A stretch of DNA of 64,000 nt. Source: Microthyrium microscopicum (taxonomy: Eukaryota). This document shows positions 26,026 to 37,281 of this stretch, one piece after another. Position numbers and translations under genes: made by a program. The stretch lies in the NCBI GenBank assembly GCA_010405405.1, contig MU004230.1, positions 4,296,282 through 4,360,281 on the forward strand, in the 5' to 3' direction. Each line of letters opens with the position of its first letter. Within the stretch, counting starts at the first letter, position 1. Below the pieces are notes generated by a model that saw only the letters and a program-made list of their open reading frames with translations, searched no databases and had not been told where the DNA came from.

Positions 26026-27210
26026 ATGCCAGTCGAATTCATCAGCCTTACGCCTCCCAATGCGTCAACCGAATTGAAGCCACTTTCGGGCGCAGGTGTA
26101 GATGTAGACTTTCTTGTCCGTTACTCCAAGACGCTCGATGACTATGGGTTCAATTACACTCTCATTCCATATGGATCATCTGGATTCGATCCATGGACTA
26201 TTGGCGCAACCGTTGCAGCACATACTAAGAACATCAAAGTCATTATCGCACTCCGACCAAACACCTTATATCCAACTGTCGCGGCAAAGGCTCTCGCCAC
26301 TCTTGATCAGCTTAGTAAAGGAAGAGTTGTCGTCCACTTTATCGCTGGAGGCAGTGATGCCGAGCAAGCCAAGGAAGGCGACTTCTTGACCAAGGAACAG
26401 CGATACGCAAGACTTGAGGACTACATCAAGATCCTTCGTCGTGCCTGGAAGTCAGCGGATCCGTTTGATTGGGAGAGTGAGCATTACAAGTTCAAGCAAT
26501 TCAGTAACTCGGTCCGTCCAACCAAAGGCACCATTCCCGTCTCGGTCGGCGGATCATCTGACGACGCATACCGCATCGGTGGCTCTCTAGCGGACATTTT
26601 CGGCCTCTGGGGAGAACCACTGAAAGAAACGAAGGAGCAAATCGATCGAGTCTACGCTGAGGCCAAGAAAGCCGGCCGAGCTGATAATGACCGTCCACGA
26701 ATTTGGGTCACTTTCCGACCCATCATTGCTGAAACCGACGAGCTCGCCTGGGCTAAAGCACACCGCCACCTCGCCACGTTGAAAGCAAACAGTGGTGCCT
26801 CAGCAGCCAATGGAGACAGCAAGAAGCCAAACGGAGACGCAAAGCCGGTCAACGGTAAACGCAAGGCAAATGGAGAGCCATCTTCTGCCCCAGGGCCGCA
26901 AAACGTTGGCTCTCAGAGACTACTAGAAATTGCTTCTCGAGGCGACGTACATGATCGAGCGCTTTGGTATCCGACTGTGACTGCGACCGGTGCTCGTGGT
27001 GCATCCACCGCGCTCGTTGGCTCGCCGAATACACTTGCAGACTCGATTCTGGATTATGTGGACTTGGGAGCTGACTTGATCTCGATTCGTGGGTACGATA
27101 ATTTCAATGATGCGGTAGATTATGGCCGATATATCTTGCCGAGGGTTCGGGAGGAATTGGCGGAACGTGAAGAACCTTCTCCTAAGCGTTCGAAGCGGTC
27201 CAAGGCATGA
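26026..27210 (+). CDS. Luciferase-like (LLM class) flavin-dependent monooxygenase, SsuD/alkanesulfonate monooxygenase-like
   Basis: Intronless 394-aa ORF with IALRP..YPTVAAKALATLDQLSKGR, VGGSSDDAYR, FGLWGEP and STALVGSP motifs of bacterial LLM oxidoreductases. Confidence 0.9.
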   Translation: MPVEFISLTPPNASTELKPLSGAGVDVDFLVRYSKTLDDYGFNYTLIPYGSSGFDPWTIGATVAAHTKNIKVIIALRPNTLYPTVAAKALATLDQLSKGRVVVHFIAGGSDAEQAKEGDFLTKEQRYARLEDYIKILRRAWKSADPFDWESEHYKFKQFSNSVRPTKGTIPVSVGGSSDDAYRIGGSLADIFGLWGEPLKETKEQIDRVYAEAKKAGRADNDRPRIWVTFRPIIAETDELAWAKAHRHLATLKANSGASAANGDSKKPNGDAKPVNGKRKANGEPSSAPGPQNVGSQRLLEIASRGDVHDRALWYPTVTATGARGASTALVGSPNTLADSILDYVDLGADLISIRGYDNFNDAVDYGRYILPRVREELAEREEPSPKRSKRSKA

Positions 27211-27733
27211 TCGTGATAGGTAAATTGATGTTGGGTGGTTTATGTCTGCTCTTTAAATGGTACGGAAATCTGAAGAATCGCATTCTTGAAATAGCTGCAC
27301 TGAGATTTACTAAATGTCCATGTACTTAATCAGACAATTCATTTGGACTTTGAGGATATCATAAAGCTTGTTATTCAATTGTCGCTGTAAAGTTAACCAC
27401 ATGCATGAAAGTCCTGTGCAGAATTCAAAACCTTCAAATCCTCAGGAAAAATATGCTAAGCTGTGATAGACAATGATGATTATCTACACAGAACTCGAGT
27501 CTTGGAGGGCGTACAGAACGTTGCGAGGTAGGCCTATTTCCGAAAGCACGCCATTTTGAACTGAGAGGAATGTCCCTTGAAATCAAGGTTGATTACTTAT
27601 TCACAGACTCGATGACACAAAGCATTTTGGGTCGTCTTAATTTTATGTCCATAAAAAAGTGAGATTTTACATTTGATTATTTTAGTAAATCTCCTGGCAA
27701 GAGTAGCCGGAAGGTGTGATATCACCACCCACA

Positions 27734-30352
27734 ATGAGGCTGCTATCAAGCACTGAACGAAGCAACCTTGCGGGCAACTACTTTGCACCAGAAGGTCTCT
27801 ATGAACACATTAAAGGCCTTCCATTTCTAGGGACGTTGGCTTGCGAAACAAAGATTCTGACTGCAGGCCAATGGACGGAAATCATAATCACGTATACTGT
27901 GGGAGGAAGTGGTCTGGCAGATGGAGCCTGGATTAAAGGTACCTTCAAGTTTTATTCGGTATGTCTATCCTCACTTCTAAAATTCGTGAGAGACTAGGAT
28001 GAAGAGAGGCCTGTTTATTGAGCGACGGTGATCCTGCTTCAGGCTGCCACAAAATAGAAAGAGAACTATACCTTGAAGTTACTTGCTAAGACACACAGGA
28101 TTGGGCATTATTCCAAACATCAGATCCAGCATCTGACAACTACGTCTCCGCCGAATATGAAGCCAACACACTACTTCCTGGCCAAACACCGGCAACAGTA
28201 CAAGGATTAGCTGTGAGATTCGACCAGAAAGGACACGAGAGGCCTTACCAAAAGGCCATCATCATCGACATAGTGGATGGCTACCTCAATCCTGGAGACA
28301 AGATCATCGTCAGACTTGGAGATAGACGTCATGGCGCACGAGGGACTCGCGTACAAACATTTGTCGAAGAGGACTTTCGAATGAGGTGGTATATCGATCC
28401 AGTTGGCACATCTCGGTTTGCGCCAATCAAACCAGATCTAATCTTCAATATACAGAGTGGAGCGATTTCGAAGCTTAAGGTTATCAGTCCGAGATTGGTG
28501 CGACCCGATACGGATTTTCCTCTTCATGTACATACAGAGGATGTGTGGGGAAATGCGACTACAAACCAGGAAGATTTGCAGGCACATATTCGTGTTGTAC
28601 ACAAAGAGTCTGAGCAGAGAGTCGTAGATTCGACCATATCATTGAACTCTGATGGATGGACGTACGGATCTTTGAAGCTCTTTTTAAAGAGACAGGGACA
28701 ACATTTGATTAGTGTTTCAGTGATTGACTTGTCAGGGAACACCATCATTGCTCGAGACGAATTCATCAGTGTCAAGGCGGATTTAGTAGTGCCTAGATTA
28801 TTGTACGCCGACCTGCACGTCCACTCTGATGATACTGTGGGGACCAACTCGACTACGTACAACTTCTCGTACGCGCAAAAGATTGCTGGAATGGATATCG
28901 TCGGGTATACAGCGAATGACTTCAACATCACCAAAGAACGATGGGAGCAGACTGTTGAAATCATCAAGAGGACGAACCAGCCTGGCGAGCTTGTGATTTT
29001 TCCAGGTACCGAGTGGTGTGGTAATTCGGCAGCTGGTGGAGACCATAACGTCGTTTTTCTGGACGATTTGGAGACTTCGAAGATAGAGTTTCCTATCGAT
29101 CGCAACGGCAATGTCGCGCGCAGCTTCGAGTGGAATGAGGACGGACCTGCGGAACTGCTTCCTGGGGTACCAAGTCCATTCAATATTGCTGTGATTTACT
29201 AATAATTCATAGGCATGGCCTCTCGACGAAGTATACGCAACCTACGCCCACGCTCCATCCTCCCACCTAATGATCCCGCACGTCGGCGGCCGTCGATGTA
29301 ACCTATCATGGCACCACCCACAACTAGAACGACTTCTCGAGATCGGTAGCGCCTGGGGCCATTTCGAATGGTTACTCAAAGACGCAGTATCTCGAGGTTG
29401 GAAAATGGGCGTATGCGCCAACTCTGATGAGCATCGTGGCCGATGTGGAGGCGGTGTGCCTGGGACGGCCGTCTTTGGGACCAAGGGTGGATTGACTGGT
29501 GTGTTGGCACCTTCGCTGAACCGGAAGAGTGTCGCTGAGGCGTTGAGAAGTCGGCGTACGTTTGCTACGACTGGGGAGCGCTTGGCAGGTCTGTTATATA
29601 CTGATGATGGGGCAGTGCAAGGTGATGATATACGGTTGAAGGTTGGTCAGAGTGTGAAGCTGAATTATTTGGTTTGTGGGGGAAGTGGATTCTCGTCAGT
29701 CGAGGCTTGGGACGGAAATGGCATCATGTGGCAACGAGATCTAATCGCTGAGACAGAAACTTCGTCTCAGGTCAAGAAATTGATTGTCACCTGGGGAGGA
29801 GCTCGACTTTTGGACCGCTATCGAGAAGCGGTTTGGGATGGCATCATCTCTATCGAGGGAGATGGTTGTACAATCAAAGATGTGCAGCCTTTTGGCGGTG
29901 TCGTCGACGTGCCAGAGGAAAAGGTTGCCCTTCAGTCTGATACCAGGATAGTCTTTCAGACGCGAACAAGCGGTGACTTTGATGGAGCGTTGATTTCATT
30001 CGACGACAGTCAGAAGTTGCCAGCGAAGATACTGATAGAAGGCCGATTGAGTGGTTACGTGAAGGTAGGGGACGCCCTCAAGCCTAATTCGCATAAAGCA
30101 GAACCTATTTTTGTCCTGGAGGCCACGATCGACGAGTTACAGAGTCACGGCGGGAAGACCATTGAGTTGGCCGGAGGTGCCGACCTGCATGTCAATGCGA
30201 AGCTATCCAGCGTAAATGATCTTCCCACAGAAGTCCAAGGCCACTTTTCTGCTGCCGTACTAGAAGGAAAGAAAGCTCGAAGTGTATACATGGTCGCGCG
30301 CGAATGGGACGGAGGAAAAGTTATTACAAGTCCGGTGTTCCTGGAAGTATGA
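27734..30352 (+). CDS. ~810-aa bacterial-type PHP-fold metallohydrolase (DUF3604 / CehA-McbA-like)
   Basis: Exons 27734-27958, 28099-29166 and 29213-30352 join in frame via canonical introns. Metal-ligand motifs ADLHVHSDD, TANDF, PGTEW, GDHNV, IPHVGGR, EIGSAWGHFEW, ANSDEHRGR, LRSRRTFATTG and C-terminal TSPVF. Confidence 0.75.
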
Positions 30353-33311
30353 CTCTAGTGCTATGGCGCAACATTGTGCTTAGCGCATAAGTCTTGATAT
30401 AGATTTCAAACGCGGTCTAGAGATCGCGATATATCTCTAAAGTCGCCGATCTTTCATAGCAGACAGTGGTCATTTCGAAAGTGACAGCTCCGTGACTGGC
30501 GCCCTCGTTCATCACTGCTGCTTGGCTCTTCATATCTGTTTGACAAGATCGTCACTGACCATGTAGGTCTCGAACAGTTTTTGCACGAAGCCTTTCTAGT
30601 GTGTATGGCATTCTTCTGGTGCGGAGCGTTGCTGTTGCATCGAAAACGATAAGCCCGCACGAAGAGATCTATAATTGGACTACCCGTAGAGATTCCGTTC
30701 CCGTGTTAGGTGACTTGGTACACTCGTATAGGAGGAATTTTCGAGTGGTGAAAATCAACTGGTTGGAAAAACAACGAGCGACCTTACCGGGACATATCGA
30801 AAGGTTTTCGTCTCCGCGCGGGAGCCGCTGATCGGTCTTCCATGGAAGCTGGCAACGTGTGTAACATGACGTGCATGACAGGAAGCGAGGCGGATTGGAT
30901 GGCATGCCGCGTCTGCAGGCGTACCTGATCCCGTTCTTGTACTTAAGTGACACGTCAAATGCTGCTTTGGGAGAGGTGCGGCTGGGGTAAGTTGGTCGTG
31001 GACGAGTACGTTTGGTGTATGAATACTTTGCAGTATTTGCTTTAGGTAAAGACGAGTTCTAGATAGCCTTCGCCTTGGACGCAATGGTGGTTGTCTCTGA
31101 GAGTTTGGTCAACTTTTGGCTTGTTTGTGAGCGTGGCTGGGCTGAATCTGGCTCGTCGGGTTGTACAATATACGAGTCTGTAATACAAAGCCGTCTCCAT
31201 GAGGTTCAAGCGAGTTTGTTGCCGCTGCCAAGTGCCGTGAACTTATTGCCTTCTTTGGCCACTTTCTGCTTCAAGCACTCATCAATGGGGGATGCGTGCA
31301 TGGTGAAGTGACTAGTCACATCGATAGAGGCGAGGGAAGTGCCGTTGTCACCGATTGTCTCTTTTCTCTGCCTTTCTCTCGTCCTATAGATCGACTGTCG
31401 ACATATCATTTGGTGCCTCACCAGTTGTATGGCTAATCAGAGTCGGTGGGCACATGTCGCTTCTTGAGGCTGTAGACCCCGGCGTTTCGTTCATGCCGTG
31501 CAGCCGATGCCAAACAGAGTGAATTCCTGGTTCGTGGGGAGAATATGCAGTGGACAAAATAATTGGCAATCTCTATCAACTACGATTACTGCTCAGTTGC
31601 CATCGACAGCTCTATTGGGTGCTATACTTCCATCGATTGTGATGCTGTTAGCTCAACTCATTGACCGCCGAATGAGATATAGTATGGTCTGGTTTGTAAA
31701 GACATGGTGGTTGATGATAGCGTGCCATCTATTTTGTCCACCCGTTGGAAGGTTACGCTGCATTTGCTAAAACTTTGTCAGGATTTCTCTTCCCCGGCTC
31801 AAGCGAACTGGCGGACTGGGCTTTTCGCTGTTGGCCGTCCCGGAAACGTTTCTGGGTTCTCTTGTTATTGCCAGGTCTTGACCTGTCAATTTTGCTTGTA
31901 TTCTCTTCTGGAGAGCTTGGGCAGCCATTTTGGGTGTGATCTCCTAGAGTACGCATTTCTCTTCAGCGTCTTCACGCAATTGACTGGACCGCTACTTGAT
32001 TTAGTAAGTAGCCATCTCAATCCTGACTCTGGTAGAACTCACCATTCGGCTCAATACTCCAAAAAAGTAGCTGTTGGCCAAAGGCATCGCGGCTTCGAGG
32101 ACGAGAATATCAACTTATCATTGGACCCCATTGCTCCACTAACCACGGCCCTTCCCGGCGCACCTCTCCACGCGACGCATCGCAGGTTTAATGTTGCAAC
32201 TTTCCAGCCATCCACTTCCGACGTTGACAGCTTAATTCTAGCAAGGGAGTAGTGGCAAGCAGTTCAACTGCAAATACTCCGCATATTGTGGACCCTCTCT
32301 GCCGCTGGGGGCCTGACGCGATAATTATCGCATTATCGCGCACAATACTGGTCAAGCGATTGGAATCATTGGAAACCGAGAGTGACCTGGGGGGTTGCTA
32401 TATGCATGCCTGTCCGATGCCTGGTCCTGCAGCGGGGTGTGAATCGGAAAGACGGGTTGCAGTGGCTGACCTGTTGCTTGCTGCTTGTCACCGAAGACGC
32501 TGCTCTTGCTGATTGCTGCTGCTGTTCCTTAGCCTTTGCGTGGTCGCTGTGCAGTGTGTGGTGGTGTTGGTTTTGACTTTTGTTTTTCTGCTTCTGGACG
32601 AGGAGACCATCCAGAATCCATCCCATTTTCTCTCTCTCCCCACACTCTTTTCCCTGGCCGCTTCGACCATCGCCCTGTGCGGCATTTCAATCACTTCCAA
32701 GGTTCGCTCACCGCTTTTCTCAACCGAGCACATCTGTCGATTACGGGATCCGAAGCTGTCAATTCTTGGCCTGTTTGGGTGGGTAGAGTTGCCCAGAGTG
32801 TCAGCCCCCCATACGTTAAATTGTGGAGAGAGTGTTGAACCACAGTTGCGCACTCTTACCTTCAGTGCTACATTAACTCTCTCTTATACGTCTGCATCTG
32901 ACCGAATTGACTGTTTCCCCGCCCATCTGGACTCGTTGAGCTGTGCTGCGTCAGGGTGACTGCAGACGCTGTCTACTACCCAACTTCATGTGATGCGATT
33001 AAGGACTCGATCTTTGCTTTGCATCAGAATAATACTGAACGCTCGCGGCTTGACTCACCAGCTCCATTTTTGGAAGTTCCTGGACATCTTGACGAAATCG
33101 AAAACCTCTTCACAGTTGCCACTAATTGACTTGTCAAATTCGATTGTCAATACACTCCCCGTGGCAGGCTAGTCGTGATTGCCTCCCCCTCACCATCCTG
33201 GTCACTCCCACCCTTTACTACTTCTAAACCTTGCCGATGCTCTTTTGAGCACTTCCTGTTCTTCCTCATGGTTTGACTACAACCCACTCTCATTTTTTCT
33301 ACTGCCACAAC

Positions 33312-35405
33312 ATGGAGGAATTGGAAGAGATGAGTGAACCCCACCGGCGAGAGCTCATGGACAACTCAACCACCGTCACCAACACCAATGCCGAGGCACC
33401 TCCTATACTGGATCGAAGCTTGGCTGAAAGTCAAAATGGTTCCCTATTTCGACAAGTCTGGGGCATCCCGAATATCGGCAATGGCCCTGCCGTCGATTTC
33501 AATCCTCTACCAACAAGCAAGACTGTCTCAGTTGCAGTGTCAGTCGTTGATGAGGATACTGATATGATGAGGGACGAATGGACTTCCGAAGAGCTAGGAG
33601 AGACTGAAATCATATCGATCAGTCCCAATAGCAACGGTGCAGAAATGACTATGCCAAGCTACCAATTTTCGGATTCTTCAACGGACATGGACTCTCAAGA
33701 CTCGTTTGACGATGATTCGAGTATGGAAGCTACAGCGGAAACGCTGGCCAACCTACGCGGATCTATTGTGGAACTGACGCTCAATAATGGGTTATTAAAT
33801 CGGCCCGTATCTGAACTACCGAGAATAGAAGAGCCGATACAACTGGGGGACATGGAAGAGTTACTACCATTGGCTCCTATGGCGCCAACTCCGTTTGCTT
33901 TTGATAATTTTGCAGATTTAGGATCTCCAGGCGCGAATCTCTTTGATCATGAGTCGATATACTCCCGTATCAATAATCTGGTACCTGCATTACAGAGAAC
34001 TTTTGCTGGCCATCACGATCCACCTTTGTCCATGGAAGAGAGAGCACCAGATTTATGGGCATCAATTAGCCTATGGAGTCGAAGACATCCTCACCGCGTG
34101 GCGTCAGTTATAATACCACCGGAACCACTTAACTCTGTTGCTGGCCCGAGAGAAGAGGGAGAGTGTCAAGGTATTGGGTTCGGGACGGACAAAGTCAGAT
34201 GCACGCGGAAAGAGATTATGGAATTTAGAGTTGATGAATACTCTTCCAACAACAATATCAGAGCCGACTCTGGATCCTGGCTTCGTGCTTTTAAGGAGAC
34301 TACCTCCCCCTATAGACTGTCACGGACACACTCTCAAGCGATTGCGAAGAACGATCACTTTCAGTTACGAAACCTCCTTGTATCAACATCACAGCATGAT
34401 GCCTATTACCCAAGGAAATGGAACGTCTTTCACGTCGATCCAGCCAACTCTGTTGGCTCCGACGAACCCCCTACGCCAATCATGGATCTCGAGCATCTCG
34501 GCCAACAAGACATCAGTGGATGCCGAATCACAACTCTCACCACTGTTGATCCATCTATTCTTTTCGCTGGCTGCTTTCACGGCCAGTACGCATACATAAA
34601 CCTCGGCTCCTCCAACCCCTTCTCCCAACCTCCCACCACAGGTCACGCCTGCTCTCGCGACATCATTAATTACGTAGACTCTACGGCTGCCAGCCCAAAT
34701 TCACCAACCGCCGTGATGGCCACAAATGACTACAAACAATCCCTCGTATTCCTCGACTGCGCCCGCAATTCAATCGTCTCCACCCACTCCTACGCCTCGG
34801 CACTCAATCTACTGAGTTCTCGCGACGCCATCGTAAATTGCGCTGCGACCTCTCCAGATGGCCGCCTGCGCGCTCTTGTCGGCGACTTTCCCGGCCTGCT
34901 CCTCACCGACGCTCGCTCTGGTCTCGCCATCTCCGATGCTGTTCCAATGTCATCTTCAGGCCCTCGCGCGCAACCTGCCAGTTTTGCCGTCGCATGGGCT
35001 CCAGACAGCGTGACACTGGCAACAGGCAGTGAAGATGGTCGTGTGCGACTCTGGGATGCGCGCATGTGGCGAGTCCATGCACACATGGACAGCATCATGG
35101 CGAACGTACGCACACTACGCTTCGCACCGGCAGGCTCGTCTGAAGCACTAGGCGCAGGAGCTGGAGCTCCAGTGCTGATAGCTGCCGAGGCTGTGGATTT
35201 AGTGCACGTGCTGGATGGACAGAACGGCCGCGTAATGCAAAGTCTACATTACTTTGGTGAATGTGCCGGCCTCTCAATCGCAAAAGACGCAAGCAGTCTC
35301 ATGCTGGCCAACTCAGACTCAAGCTTTGGCGGTCTGATGGTCTGGGAGCAAGGCCGGAGAGGACGATATCGGCGACATTGTGAGGACTACAGCGATAGCG
35401 ATTGA
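33312..35405 (+). CDS. WD40-repeat protein (DUF2415-like) with long acidic N-terminus
   Basis: HFQLRNLL, VNCAATSPDGRLRALVGD, FAVAWAPDSVTLATGSEDGRVRLWDAR, AEAVDLVHVLD and QSLHYFGE motifs; single exon. Confidence 0.8.
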   Translation: MEELEEMSEPHRRELMDNSTTVTNTNAEAPPILDRSLAESQNGSLFRQVWGIPNIGNGPAVDFNPLPTSKTVSVAVSVVDEDTDMMRDEWTSEELGETEIISISPNSNGAEMTMPSYQFSDSSTDMDSQDSFDDDSSMEATAETLANLRGSIVELTLNNGLLNRPVSELPRIEEPIQLGDMEELLPLAPMAPTPFAFDNFADLGSPGANLFDHESIYSRINNLVPALQRTFAGHHDPPLSMEERAPDLWASISLWSRRHPHRVASVIIPPEPLNSVAGPREEGECQGIGFGTDKVRCTRKEIMEFRVDEYSSNNNIRADSGSWLRAFKETTSPYRLSRTHSQAIAKNDHFQLRNLLVSTSQHDAYYPRKWNVFHVDPANSVGSDEPPTPIMDLEHLGQQDISGCRITTLTTVDPSILFAGCFHGQYAYINLGSSNPFSQPPTTGHACSRDIINYVDSTAASPNSPTAVMATNDYKQSLVFLDCARNSIVSTHSYASALNLLSSRDAIVNCAATSPDGRLRALVGDFPGLLLTDARSGLAISDAVPMSSSGPRAQPASFAVAWAPDSVTLATGSEDGRVRLWDARMWRVHAHMDSIMANVRTLRFAPAGSSEALGAGAGAPVLIAAEAVDLVHVLDGQNGRVMQSLHYFGECAGLSIAKDASSLMLANSDSSFGGLMVWEQGRRGRYRRHCEDYSDSD

Positions 35406-36377
35406 AATGATCCACCTCTCTGGTGCATAATACCAGTGATCCAACACGGACAGTCGGGGACAGCTTTGATGCTAGCATTGGCATTTTGTTTTTCCATTTC
35501 ATAGCATTGATATTCCCCATTTTTTGACACAGCGAGCATCTGGGTGGCTTTTCTTTCCATTGCAACAGGCGCAAGGACTTTTTCCACGGACTGCATTATT
35601 ATTAGCATTTTTCATCTGTTGTTTCGTAGTAATGTCTTGCAGGCCAAGGCCTGGAGGTATAGGATAAGGGAACGGACTGAAGATACCCAAGGGGAACAAG
35701 CATTGTTGAAGGAGTAGACAGTTCATTAGTAGTAGTTGATCTGATATATCATGAACACTAACTAATACATATATTTGACAAAATCATCTTGGAAAATACT
35801 CTTTGATTGCTAAATAATTAGACTTGGGTAAGTTCAATGGGTAAAGTTTATTTGTAGTATATATTCGGAAGTTGGGAATTCGGATATAAATCACCACTAC
35901 ACGGTGTCTCTCGGTGTGTTCTAGGGACTTGTCAATTTCAATACGCACTCCGAGACTAGGGCTGTCGCCGCATTTCATAGACCGGGCTTGGTCAGCCTAG
36001 CCGGTGATTTTTTTGCCATTTTGGAACAGGCTGCTTGGTCAACTCTTGGGATGGCCGCAGCACCATCTAGGTTACTAATCTTTTTGTCAGGATCTAGAGA
36101 TAGCTATATCGCTCAAACTTTCACTCTGATGTATTTTTCATGCTGACTTATGGTTGTTTGAAGGGAAAATGTCGGATATAAATGCTGTCCTGCGCGGTGA
36201 GAGCTGGCCTCCGGAGTCCGGACACCATTCTAGCGTAATATGATGTAGAGCATCTAGCAAACATCATCATAATCACTAGATTTAGATTCAGCTTATATCA
36301 TAAAATGAGCACATAAATCGCGCTAACAAAGGGGTATCATAATGTTTCCAACTCCCGCAAATGCATCACCACAAATC

Positions 36378-36925
36378 TCAATACTCCGGTCCCTTCAGCC
36401 TTGCAGCAAATCCCTCAGCACTCGCCCCCTTCTCGTCCGCCAACTTTGTCCCGTGCTCAATGAGTTTCCTTACAAGCTCTAATATATCGTCTAATTCCTC
36501 CTTCTCCTCCTGTGGTCGCACAGTATCGAGCTTGCCGAATAGCCACATCTCTTGCATTTGTCGTATCGTCATGGTTAAGCCTTCTGCGGCTCTGATCTAC
36601 CACCATCACTGCGTTAGTGCCATGAGGGTCTAAGAGGTCTTTTGGTTGGAAGTGTACCATATTTTGCACGCGGAGCTCGGTTTGCAAGGATCGGTCTTTG
36701 ACGGAAACGAGATCTGTTCGTTCGTCGCGTGATTTAGTCTGCAGTTGACGCGTTAGTGAAAAGTGGATGGAAATGAAGGAGGTATGAGCGTACGGCAACG
36801 TCATCTAGGATGTTTTGAAAGTTTTTGACGAGGGCGTCGGTTTGGACGTTTATCCTCTTCCGCATGGTTTCGCCACTGCGTGCTTCTTTGTCTAGAAATT
36901 TTGGGATGTCTAGGCCTGACTCCAT
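36378..36925 (-). CDS. med22: Mediator subunit Med22 (Srb6)
   Basis: Three exons spliced give ...LVKNFQNIL...LQTELRVQNMIRAAEGLTMTIRQMQEMWLFGKL, a typical Med22 pattern. Confidence 0.75.
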
Positions 36926-37186
36926 GTTGATGGTTTGAGGACTAGTTTTGGATGTTGGGGGTTACGAGACGATGAGTATGTAGCGACCGTGATTGATTCG
37001 AAGGAAAGTGTCTTGCTGATTTTGTCGGTAGTGAAGTGTTTCCAAGAAGTGAAGTTGATGAACATTGAAGCTTTGAAGCTACGCTAACAGAAGGAAGAGG
37101 CTTAAAGCCGGTGGGATGAAATTGTTAAATCCGACCCCACTAGAAAAAGTTCCCTTCAGTTGATAGAGTCCGTTTACGGAGCACAA

Positions 37187-37207
37187 GAGTCAATGCAACT
37201 ATGACTC
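37187..37207. promoter_or_regulatory. Pair of Gcn4/CpcA-type TGACTC sites upstream of his5
   Basis: GAGTCA (37187-37192) and TGACTC (37202-37207) in inverted orientation, 75-95 bp before the ATG of an amino-acid biosynthesis gene. Confidence 0.6.
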
Positions 37208-37281
37208 TATCCCAATCGTGACTATAAAAACCTTGAAAAATCAGAAAGCCTCGCCCTGCTTCATCAAAAATCCTATTCAGA

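Noticed and set aside
35860..36080. Possible structured ncRNA (weak hairpin, Sm-like ATTTTTTTG)
   Set aside because: No diagnostic snRNA, SRP or RNase P/MRP motifs recognised; an Infernal scan would be needed.
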